64,000 nucleotides of DNA from Perkinsela sp. CCAP 1560/9. Lineage: Eukaryota; Protista; Euglenozoa: Kinetoplastea. Positions 10,406 through 19,303 of this stretch are shown here, one piece after another. The notes below the pieces were generated by a model. It was not told the origin of the DNA. It did no database searches and saw only the letters and a list, made by a program, of their open reading frames with translations. The stretch is taken from contig CBFFSA010000011.1 of the NCBI GenBank assembly GCA_965644495.1, positions 1 through 64,000 on the forward strand, written 5' to 3'. The position numbers were made by a program, and so were the translations under genes. Every line of letters begins with the position of its first letter. The stretch's first letter is position 1.

Positions 10406-11071
10406 CTAAAGGGAAGGAAAGCGCATCACACGAGAGGAACGTGGCTTCAAAGAGACTTCCCCAAGCGAAGGTTGAGGGAGCGAGGAAGGTTGAGTGCGCA
10501 AGTTGGGTGAAGAGATCACCGTAGAAGAAAAGGATTCCTCTGCTACGTTTTCTTTACCCTGGCCACTCTTCCGTTTGCGCCACAGAGTGCATGATCTGGA
10601 ACGCTTTCCTGAAACAGAACGCCACACGTTCTCCACGAACTCCCCCACAGCTCCTTCATGAGGAGGGGCGTAGAGAGGGTTCTGTTCCAAGAAAGCTTCC
10701 AGATCACGCGTCGCCTCTGCAAGGAAGTAGACCCCTCGTGGCAGACAATCCAAGAGAAGGTGTCCTCGGCGCTCCACAAGGTGGAAGATGACACGCTGCA
10801 GCACTTGGGAGCTAACCTCCACGCCACACACAGAGCGTGTGGCATGTAAGTAGCTGTCCATCGTGCGCGATACGCGCCTCATGCATTCTTCCACCTTGGC
10901 TCCCAACTCCTCTTCAGTGATAACGAGCGCTGGGGGGGCGAAAGGAGTTTTGCGCTTCGTGAAGGTGCGCATAAGCGATGCGACAATGACGTCGTATACG
11001 TCATCATCCCTCGCAGATGTTACCTTCATACGTGAAGTGAAATCTTCGTTGCTCTCAACAGGGCTCATCAT
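10406..11071 (-). CDS. Unknown 221-aa ORF carried inside the Harbinger-like element
   Basis: ATG ORF antisense to host cluster, co-oriented with transposase, within the TIRs. Confidence 0.55.
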   Translation of the reverse strand: MMSPVESNEDFTSRMKVTSARDDDVYDVIVASLMRTFTKRKTPFAPPALVITEEELGAKVEECMRRVSRTMDSYLHATRSVCGVEVSSQVLQRVIFHLVERRGHLLLDCLPRGVYFLAEATRDLEAFLEQNPLYAPPHEGAVGEFVENVWRSVSGKRSRSCTLWRKRKSGQGKENVAEESFSSTVISSPNLRTQPSSLPQPSLGEVSLKPRSSRVMRFPSL

Positions 11072-11555
11072 ATAAAAAGGAGGATAATGTAAAAGAATTA
11101 TGCATGTATTGTGGAGGGTATATTAATTGTACATTTGATTTGTGTAATGCATACACCGTTCGTATACAGCACCGTATACAGCGTACACCGTATTTTCACA
11201 GTGAGGCGGCTATGTACGGCAACAAACTAAAAAAACTACGCTTTAAGCTACTTTGTACGTGTACAATCCATTTTTTTGGGCTAAAATAGACCTCGTTCGA
11301 CCTCAAATGCAAAGCGCGGGTTCGGTGCGGGTTCGGTGATGCACACCCGCAGCCCCTCATATGTATCAGTGTCTTTGTTGTTGTTTTTGTGATTCCATCA
11401 AAAAGCCATATTAAAGTGGGGGTACATTGAAAATTATGTGAGAAAAAAATCGGCGGCATTTTTTGTTTATCTGTAAACACTTATATAATGTTGAACCGGA
11501 GCTGTATATATTCAAATATAGCTTTTATAGCTTTTTTCCGCTTAAAAACTTCGAA

Positions 11556-12740
11556 ATGACTGCAGCTGTAGAAATCTCTTACGAAGATTCTTCTATCGAC
11601 ATGAACGTATTAAAAAAACTCAATCCGGAGAACTCTGAGATTGCAAAAGGACTTCTTCTAGAAATTGAAACGGAATGTACGAAAGCAAACATATTGGACG
11701 ATACAATTTCTCAAGCACATGATCACTTAAACGCCGCGGCTACGATTCGGAAACAAATCGCACAGGAGTCTGACAAAATCACTGAACTTGAAAGCTCTAT
11801 TTCCCAAACCACGCACAACGTTGCCCACATGAGGACACGCATTCAATCCTTTCCCACCCCTGAGCGCATCCATTCTCTCGAAACCCAAGTTGCGGCCAAA
11901 TCCGACGCGTTAGACACCTCAACCTCCACACTCGGTACCTTACAAAACGACAAGAAAACGCAACAGCGGCAACTCGACGACACCCACAGCAACCTCTCCA
12001 GTTTAATGCACGAAGTCTGCACGATTCTATGCGAGACCTCCTCCCTCCTCCAGCAACGTCACCGTGAGATGGTCGAGCTCCCGATGCCCTCCGTTTCGTT
12101 ACCCGATCTCACGGCACAGTGCACCGAAAGAGAGGCACGGCTCCGTGCGACCCTACTCGACACGGACCTCAAAAAACAAAAAGAGAAAAGTATTCGAGAA
12201 GCCATGGAATGTGCTCGAACGGAGCTAGCCACCCAATGTGGAGATGTGGAGCGCAGTCACCTTGAAAGCACGCAGCAAATTACAGAAGAATGGAGCCGGG
12301 AACAGAAAGAGCTCTGGGTTTCGTTGGCCCAACTTCGCGTGATCCACAAGGAGCAGGTTTATCATTTGCAGCGGGGGACGCATATTAAGCAGAGCACGAG
12401 TGGGGGCGTCTCGTCGGAGTCTAGACTGGCGAGAGAAGAGACGGCATTGACCCGCGAGCTGATACAAATCCAGCAGCGCATTAAGGATGCCACCGACCAG
12501 CTACACTCCAGGCGTGTGGTGTTGCGGAATTATAAAACGGAGCTACGTAAGATGAAGGATGAGTTTGAGGAGACCCGAAAGAAGGTACAGGAACAGCTAC
12601 AGGAATCCGCGAAAGAGCACAGAGAGCTGTTCCAAGAAAAGTGTCAGTTGCAGAAAATGAAGGCAGATATGGAGGACCAAATTGCTGTCCTACACAGTGC
12701 TCGATCGCCTGCTTTAATGACACCCAAAAAAGAAATTTAG
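11556..12740 (+). CDS. Coiled-coil hypothetical protein
   Basis: Long E/Q/K/L-rich helical ORF; first ATG at 11556. Confidence 0.75.
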   Translation: MTAAVEISYEDSSIDMNVLKKLNPENSEIAKGLLLEIETECTKANILDDTISQAHDHLNAAATIRKQIAQESDKITELESSISQTTHNVAHMRTRIQSFPTPERIHSLETQVAAKSDALDTSTSTLGTLQNDKKTQQRQLDDTHSNLSSLMHEVCTILCETSSLLQQRHREMVELPMPSVSLPDLTAQCTEREARLRATLLDTDLKKQKEKSIREAMECARTELATQCGDVERSHLESTQQITEEWSREQKELWVSLAQLRVIHKEQVYHLQRGTHIKQSTSGGVSSESRLAREETALTRELIQIQQRIKDATDQLHSRRVVLRNYKTELRKMKDEFEETRKKVQEQLQESAKEHRELFQEKCQLQKMKADMEDQIAVLHSARSPALMTPKKEI

Positions 12741-13162
12741 CTTCTAGGAAATTGGATGTTCAAGTAGATTTTTGTAGATATTCTTCGTAACGGAACCGTT
12801 TCGTAGGGTGTATGACTCAAGTGTAATTCTTTGTTGGTTCGATGGAATTATGATTACGGAGTTCAATTTATCCGTTGACTCCACTTTACCCGTAGACTTA
12901 AAATGTACACATGCTTATAATTCTGTACTTGTTTGTTTATATTGTAGAACACCTTTTAGTCATAATCTACCTTTGATTCCCTTTTAACAGCCTATAAATA
13001 CATGTATGATATTATGCCTGGTGCTCTGTTCCGTACCGTGTTTGTGTGTTCCATACCTTTTGATCACGGGTTCCGATAATTTTACAAAATAATAATAATA
13101 ACTTACAAATCTTTTTTTTTCGTTTCTTTCTACTGCAATTTTTGTTCGTTTCCTTCTACTGC

Positions 13163-14545
13163 ATGGATGACAGTTCCGATTTGCGTCGCGGCAAGGTTAC
13201 CGCCTTGTTGCTACCCCCAGAGGAACTCCTTGAGCGTTTCATATCAGATGTGGAACCAAGATCAAGGCACCCCACTTGGCGCCTTGCTAAGAAGGGAGTC
13301 TTTGGGCATGTGAAAAGCGTATCGGTATGCACGTGGTATGGGGTGACTTGCGATGCGCAGCATCGTCTAAGAAGGATTCGATGGGATGACATGGGGCTCG
13401 AACGACAGGTACAATGGGAATTCCTACCCCAAACACTAACGGCTTGTAGTTTCCTTAGAAACAGACTTACGGGATCATTGTTACTTGATGCATTACCACC
13501 GCAGCTGACATACCTGCATGTATCGAGCAACCGATTTGGCGATGAGTTATCCTTGACTAATTTGCCGCCTACCACAGAGTCTCTTTGGTTCAATGACAAT
13601 CGCTTTGAAGGAAGCGTAGATCTTACCCATTTACCCCTTCGTCTCTGTGACTTGATAAAGATACAGTTTCTGTACCTTGTTGGTACATTTTCCCTTTAGT
13701 TCATCTTTTCTTTCCCCGGCAACGGGCATAATCTTACTGTTTTATATGCCCGTTGCCGGCCGGCACTAAGGCCGAAACTGTCCCTCTTTCTCGGCGAAGT
13801 AGGGGACGCGCTTCCACGCCATCACCCCTCCCCGGCTCACTCCTTGAGTGGGTTTTCTTCCCTCCCCGGCTTTCTTCCCTTCGCGCCCTTTTATTCCCGG
13901 GGAGCCATGCGCCATGGTGGCCTCCCTTGAGGACCACTGGGCGTGGCTCTGCCTCGTCTTATCGCGAGGCAGCGGTCGGTTGCAGTGCGCCCCTCCGGCT
14001 GCGTAAAGAGGTGGTGAGTTGCCTGGACCACCTCTACCGACTGGGACCGAGTCGGTTGCAGTGCGCCCCTCCGGCTGCGTAAACAGAGGGCGAGTTGCCT
14101 GGACCCCCTCTACCGACCGAGTCCGTGTCGAACCCCCTTGGTGCGACATCCGTCAATACGGATTGTGCCGATGATATCGGCTGTCGCATCAAGGGCTGTA
14201 TCTCTGCGCCAACGAGCGCATGAACATCAAAAACTTGATTACAATGAGCTCTCCGGTGGAGTCGATCTCTCTTGTTTGCCCTACGAAATGAAAACTCTGA
14301 ATTTGGCCTTTAACAGGTTTACAGGACCACTAAATTTGCAGAAGACGCCTCCTTTGCTGGAATTCATTTACTGTCAAAGCAATTGTTTTTCGGACTTGAT
14401 AATGTTTGCTTCGATTCCCAAGGAATTAAAAGCGTTAACCATATACGACAACAAAAATCTTAAGGGCGAAATTAATTTTTCTATTCTCCCGAAAAATTTA
14501 TTTGCAGAGATCACTACTTCAGGAACGGATGTCAAGGTACTGTGA
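13163..14545 (+). pseudogene. LRR protein gene interrupted by a 576-bp insertion
   Basis: C.W.GV.C cap and LP..L..L.L..N.F.G repeats; removing 13655-14230 restores in-frame LCDL-KLDYNELSG. Confidence 0.85.
13655..14230 (+). mobile_element. SL-headed structured non-coding retroposon (SINE-like), copy 1
   Basis: Starts ATAAAGATACAGTTTCTGTACCTTGTTG|GTAC, many hairpins, internal ~75-nt dimer, ends CATCAAAAA; homologous to reverse complement of 27238-27818. Confidence 0.8.
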
Positions 14546-14561
14546 TCATAAAAGTATGAGT

Positions 14562-15240
14562 AGTCACTCATACTGCGCGCTTCGCGTTGAAAACTAACTC
14601 CGCGTTTAACGAAGAGACTAAAAAAGAAAAATCGCCAAAACGTCATGAATAATCTACTTTTTTGGGGGAAAAAGCTCGATTTTTCGGCAAAAATTGCGAA
14701 ATTTTACCCCGAATTTTTGATGCCTTACCAGTACAGTGGGGGCAGGAGTCGAATCTGTCGACAAAAACGTCGTAGAATGGTGACTCTCCGAATATGGTTT
14801 AGGAGTCGATTTGGAAAAATATTCTTTTTACTTTTTCTTAGGTCAAAAAAAACTATTTTTTGGCTATCCCAAAAATTTCGGAATTTTTGACCTTGTCGGA
14901 CCTCGCCCGCGCGTACCAGGGGGGGGACCCCCAGGTGGGGGTATGGAAAGTCATCGCCGCGGCCTACTCTACCACTTCCCTGCGCTCGATTTCGAATATC
15001 AAGATTTTGAACTTTTCAAAAAACGACGTATGCCCCCCTTTGGACTCCCCCCCCATGGACCCCGCCATGGACCCCCCATTTTTTTCAATTCTTTTTTTTT
15101 CAGTTTTGGACCACCGGAGCCCCCTTTTATATTTTTTTCTTCTATTATATTACTGTGTTTCTCTTTATATTTTCACTGTTTTTGTTCACTTTTTTTTCAA
15201 TAATCGAGGGTAGAGCGGTAGTTATACAACCACCGCGATA
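14562..15240 (+). mobile_element. Hairpin-ended repeat element, 5'-truncated diverged copy
   Basis: AGTCACTCATACTGCGCGCTTCGCGTTGAAAACTA matches 105-139; 3' part matches 810-978; stem-loop 15215-15236. Confidence 0.8.
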
Positions 15241-15340
15241 AGTGTCCCTAGGGTCCTTATTATACCCCGCCTCCTACCGCATCAGAGGCAGGTGCAGAAT
15301 TTACAGGACCGTAAATTTGGATATGGGAGGGGTCTAATAT

Positions 15341-15395
15341 GCGCAGCATGAGTGACTTCTAAGTTGAAAACAATCACCGCGCTTAACGAAAAGCC
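15341..15395 (-). repeat. Inverted copy of the hairpin element's left-end motif
   Basis: GCGCAGCATGAGTGACTTCTAAGTTGAAAACAATCACCGCGCTTAACGAA is the near reverse complement of 72-121. Confidence 0.75.
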
Positions 15396-15711
15396 GAAAT
15401 TATACCTAGGAGGTACAATAGGTGTCTCTAGGTATAATGACCCGGACGGTCGTTTAGTTTATTCTAATTTTAGTTTAACAAGTTTACGTGGGGCTTTTCC
15501 CTGAATTCTTAGAAAGTAACAGGGTCTTCCTATTTTTCCCCGTCTTGAACGTACATCTTTCTATTTATAGTTCATTTGTGTAAATTTTTCAGGAGCAAGA
15601 AAATAAAACCTTTTGGGCTCGTTTAATGTAGACACGAATTCACTTGTTGTGGAAAGTTACGCATTTTGTGTTTTCTCAAACAAATGCCCTTAGCTTTTTA
15701 TTCTTTCTTCC

Positions 15712-15966
15712 ATGATAATACCTGTACGCTGCTTTACGTGTGGGAAGGTTGTTGGTAACCTTTGGGAGACTTACGAAGCTATGATACGGGAAGAAGATTT
15801 AACTCCTTGCGAGGCTTTGGATGAACTTCACCTAAAGCGATACTGTTGTCGGCGTATGATATTATCTCACATTGACAACGTCGACCATTACGCCGAGTAC
15901 AGCGCCCCCATCCATGCCACTATGCCTGTACCTCACAAGGTGGAGACAAACCTTACAGGAGTTTAG
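15712..15966 (+). CDS. RPB10: RNA polymerase I/II/III subunit RPB10
   Basis: MIIPVRCFTCGKV...RYCCRRMILSH. Confidence 0.97.
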   Translation: MIIPVRCFTCGKVVGNLWETYEAMIREEDLTPCEALDELHLKRYCCRRMILSHIDNVDHYAEYSAPIHATMPVPHKVETNLTGV

Positions 15967-16235
15967 TACATGTAGTTCTGCTTAATGCATAAATTTGTGT
16001 TTCGGAGATGATCTCGTGGCTGTCCTCCACCCTTCATACCAAACTTCGTGGCACCAGCTCATACCAAACTTTGGCACGTACACAACCTTGCGACTTTTAC
16101 ATAAACATGATTTGTAGGATGCTCATACTTTTTATGTGGCTACACAAGCGCACATAGAATGCTGATCTTACGTTTACCTATATTGAACGAAATTATTCAC
16201 TGTAGTCCTTTTACCTTTGTATTCTATTCTGCCAT

Positions 16236-17318
16236 ATGCCAGCGCTCATGAGCCACGCATGGGGGCTGCGTGTTCCCTTACCGATGTCTTCACTGCGCCA
16301 TAGCCATCGCGCCCTGGGCCGTGTCTCCCCACGCCTTCAGTTGGGTTCACCCTGTTTCACCATTTGTCTCCGATCTTTTTCACAACACCCGCTTCGATCC
16401 CCATTTGGCAGTGACACAAACAAACTTTCACCTCAACTCGGTGGCCTGCGTCGTGCAAACCTCAACACGCGTTCCTCGCTGTTTGATGTTCGGTTCCGTT
16501 TTTGCGCCTCATCTCCCCAAAGCGACCCCAAGCAACCGAATACCCGACCAGGAGGGGAAAGTACCCCAAACGCTGTCGGTGGGTTCCGCGGTCTCTCCAC
16601 CCACTCCGGGGAGGAGCAAAAGCAGGAGGGCACGGAGGACGGCTACGAGGCCGGGGGTGCGGCTTACAACGCCTGGATCCACCTCCCCTTCATGCCGCCC
16701 TTCCACACGGTCAACATTGTGATGATTCTCATCCTCGCGAACCTGTTAACGTACCTCGCGATGGCCTATTTGAACGATGACTGGCGGGATTGGATTGTTG
16801 AGCACTTCACGCTAAGTCACGCCAACGCCCACCGGCTGTACCCGTTCCTTACGTGCAGCTTGTACCAGGAACACTTCCTACAGCTCGCGATTGACGTGTG
16901 GCTGCTGGTGCAGTTCGGGAAGACCATGCTGGGGTTCCTGGGTGGGGTGCGGATGGCCGCGTTCTGGGCGATGTGCTGTGTAGGCGGTGGCACACTCCAT
17001 CTCGCCCGGCAGTATGTCGAGCTCGCGTATGGGATGGACCCTACGGAGGTCCGAGGACGGTGTTTTGGCCCCAACCCGTTTATTCTTGGGCTTGTAGCCG
17101 TGGAGGGGTTGATTTTCCGTCATCTGAACTTTATGCAGAACCCCCCGATTCCGTTTCTTGTGCTTACGGCGTTTGTGATGATTATTGATGTCTGGCGGAT
17201 CTTCACGACGAAGCCGCAGGAGCACGGAGCCGCGACGGGAGGGGCACTGGTCGCGTATGTGTTCTGGCGACTCCCGACCCGTGCAATGGGGCTGGACCGC
17301 CTCACGGCGACTGTGTGA
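16236..17318 (+). CDS. Rhomboid-family membrane protein, probably mitochondrial and catalytically inactive
   Basis: R/S/L-rich N-terminus, multiple TM segments, rhomboid-like spacing; GxSG replaced by GPNP, EHGAA.GGAL present. Confidence 0.7.
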   Translation: MPALMSHAWGLRVPLPMSSLRHSHRALGRVSPRLQLGSPCFTICLRSFSQHPLRSPFGSDTNKLSPQLGGLRRANLNTRSSLFDVRFRFCASSPQSDPKQPNTRPGGESTPNAVGGFRGLSTHSGEEQKQEGTEDGYEAGGAAYNAWIHLPFMPPFHTVNIVMILILANLLTYLAMAYLNDDWRDWIVEHFTLSHANAHRLYPFLTCSLYQEHFLQLAIDVWLLVQFGKTMLGFLGGVRMAAFWAMCCVGGGTLHLARQYVELAYGMDPTEVRGRCFGPNPFILGLVAVEGLIFRHLNFMQNPPIPFLVLTAFVMIIDVWRIFTTKPQEHGAATGGALVAYVFWRLPTRAMGLDRLTATV

Positions 17319-17629
17319 TGGCAACAGGGGGAAGAGTAAAGTGCTGACTCAACATGTGTGCTTAGATAGCGTCTAGGAAATAGAAACAACAACGACAACA
17401 TAAGCCATCGAAATAGAGGTATCCGAAGTATATTTTCAAAACCATGACAAACTCTGTACGAACTGATTTTGATAACTGTGCAGTCTATTTTGTAGTAGGT
17501 TTCTCGCGCAGCTTCCCTATATCCTACCCCTAGCTTTACTCCTTTCAAACCTTCATCCAACTTCTCCCTTACCCTTTCCACAACACCCTCCCCAACCTCT
17601 ATTTCTTGACCCCTCCCTCCTTTCCCCCT

Positions 17630-19036
17630 ATGCAACCCGAATCTCCCCCTCCCCCTCCCCACCACCACCACAGTCTGCTCCGTTCCTTCCTCCCCCACCT
17701 CGACCCCCACGTCGCCATCGCCCTCCTCGACACCCTCCCCAAACCCCACACCCCCTACACCGACACCAGCATCCTACGCACCCAGTACGCCCTCTTCCAA
17801 CACACCCAGCTCTACAACGACCTCCAAGCCCTCGCCTCCGACCTCCTCACCGGAGACGAGCTCACCCATACCCTCACCGACTACCAAACCAAACAAGCCG
17901 CCCTCTCCCAGGCCCACGAGCAGCTCCTCGCCTCCGAGCCCGTACTCAAGTACACCCACACCGCCGCCACCCCCGAGGGCAAGGAAACGCTCCAGCGCAT
18001 GTGGCGCGAGCGCACCCTCGCGTCCGCCGGTGCCGAGGCGTTTGCGATGTCCCCCCGCGACCTCTCGCACCTCCACGCCTTCGCGCGCACCGTCTACGCC
18101 TACGGGCAGTACGCGGAGGCCCGGGACGTGCTGCGGTTCCTCCGCGGGGTCAGCCCCGGGGCCTACAAGTACAGCGAGGACACGACGTGGGGGCTGCTGG
18201 GGTGCGACCTGCTGTGCGCGCGGGCCCGCCGGGCGGGGGTGAAGTGGCAGGACGCGGTGAACACGTTCAACGTGCTCCAGGAGGGGGTGGTCCCCGCCGC
18301 GGGGAGGGGGGAGGGGCTGCCCTCGGTGGTGCGGCTGCTGCACTACGCGGTGCTGCTGTGTCTGTGGTCGGAGATGGGTTCCGGGCGGGAACAGCTGTCG
18401 GAGTTGCTGCTCTCGGAGAAGTACCTCGGGGTGGTGTGTGCGCATGTGCCGTACCTGTTGCGGTATGTGGTGGTGGCGGTGCTGTCGAGTGCGCAAGGGT
18501 CCCGGGCCCGGGCCTCGAGTTTGCGGAGTCACCCCTCGTTTCGTGAACTGCTGGCGGTGATGGAGAGCGGGTCACGGCTTGGGGATTACACCGACCCTCT
18601 GCTGGACTGTTTCCATACGTTGTTCGTGGAGTGTGATCTTGAACGCGCGGTGAGCGGGATAGGGGAGATTGAGAAGATGCTTCTGGCGGATCCCTGCACG
18701 TGTGCGTATGCCACGGAGGTCACGGAAAGTCTGCGGCGACAGATCATGGAGGACATGTGCCGGGTTCGCGAGGAGGTGCCGCTGAGCTTTGTGTCCGACA
18801 CGCTGGGCATAGCTCCCGGGGAGGTGGAGAAGTGGACGATGGGGGTGTTGCGCGTGGCGAAGATAAAGGGTAAGGTGTTGCCCGAGGAGAAGTGTGTGCG
18901 TCTGGGGCACGAGAACACCGCCCCCACGGCCTCATCCCTTCTCGTGCAGAAGTCCAAGCAGCTTACGATGCGACTGCAGACGCTGTACAACACGTGTAGG
19001 GAGGAGACTCGAAAGCCGATTGAGCAGGAGGGGTGA
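17630..19036 (+). CDS. eIF3e: Eukaryotic translation initiation factor 3 subunit E (PCI domain)
   Basis: LDPHVAIALL, GQYAEA, WGLLGCDLL, PYLLRY, YTDPL and C-terminal PCI-like region. Confidence 0.8.
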   Translation: MQPESPPPPPHHHHSLLRSFLPHLDPHVAIALLDTLPKPHTPYTDTSILRTQYALFQHTQLYNDLQALASDLLTGDELTHTLTDYQTKQAALSQAHEQLLASEPVLKYTHTAATPEGKETLQRMWRERTLASAGAEAFAMSPRDLSHLHAFARTVYAYGQYAEARDVLRFLRGVSPGAYKYSEDTTWGLLGCDLLCARARRAGVKWQDAVNTFNVLQEGVVPAAGRGEGLPSVVRLLHYAVLLCLWSEMGSGREQLSELLLSEKYLGVVCAHVPYLLRYVVVAVLSSAQGSRARASSLRSHPSFRELLAVMESGSRLGDYTDPLLDCFHTLFVECDLERAVSGIGEIEKMLLADPCTCAYATEVTESLRRQIMEDMCRVREEVPLSFVSDTLGIAPGEVEKWTMGVLRVAKIKGKVLPEEKCVRLGHENTAPTASSLLVQKSKQLTMRLQTLYNTCREETRKPIEQEG

Positions 19037-19303
19037 AGGAATCAGTATAGGGAATTTTTATTCTGGAACGAAGAGAATCTTTTGAGACAATAATATGTAA
19101 TTTTTATTTTTTTGACATTTTTCGTAATGATGATTATTCAAGTCGTACATTGTGCAATCGAGGATCAAGCATGATAGAAAAGCAAACATGACTTTAAAAT
19201 ATAAAACGCATTATTTTTTTTTGGATCAAAACTATTCCCTTATTCCTTTCTTCAACCCAAGACAACCCCCATTCCTTAATTTTCAGCACCCCCACCCCCA
19301 TTC

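Larger units (their letters stand above)
8151..11358 (-). mobile_element. PIF/Harbinger-ISL2EU-like DNA transposon (~3.2 kb including a nested MITE)
   Basis: 14-bp TIRs GAGGGGCTGCGGGT (8151-8164) / ACCCGCAGCCCCTC (11345-11358), ATAT on both flanks, DDE transposase and second ORF on - strand. Confidence 0.85.

Noticed and set aside
12921-12935. TTCTGTACTTGTTTG as an SL relic upstream of the LRR gene
   Set aside because: Short imperfect match in T-rich DNA; cannot be distinguished from chance
13975-14118. CRISPR array, known ribozyme or telomerase RNA
   Set aside because: Only two adjacent units without spacers; no CUGAUGA/GAAA, HDV or twister core and no CCCTAA template found by eye
13734-14149. 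ORFs within the SL-headed element (and 27234-27726)
   Set aside because: Frames break differently in the two copies while RNA stems are kept
13650-14239. ACTTGAT as a 7-bp target-site duplication
   Set aside because: Collapsing it puts the LRR gene out of frame, whereas GAC TTG | AAA CTT GAT restores the LRR consensus; probably a pre-existing coincidence
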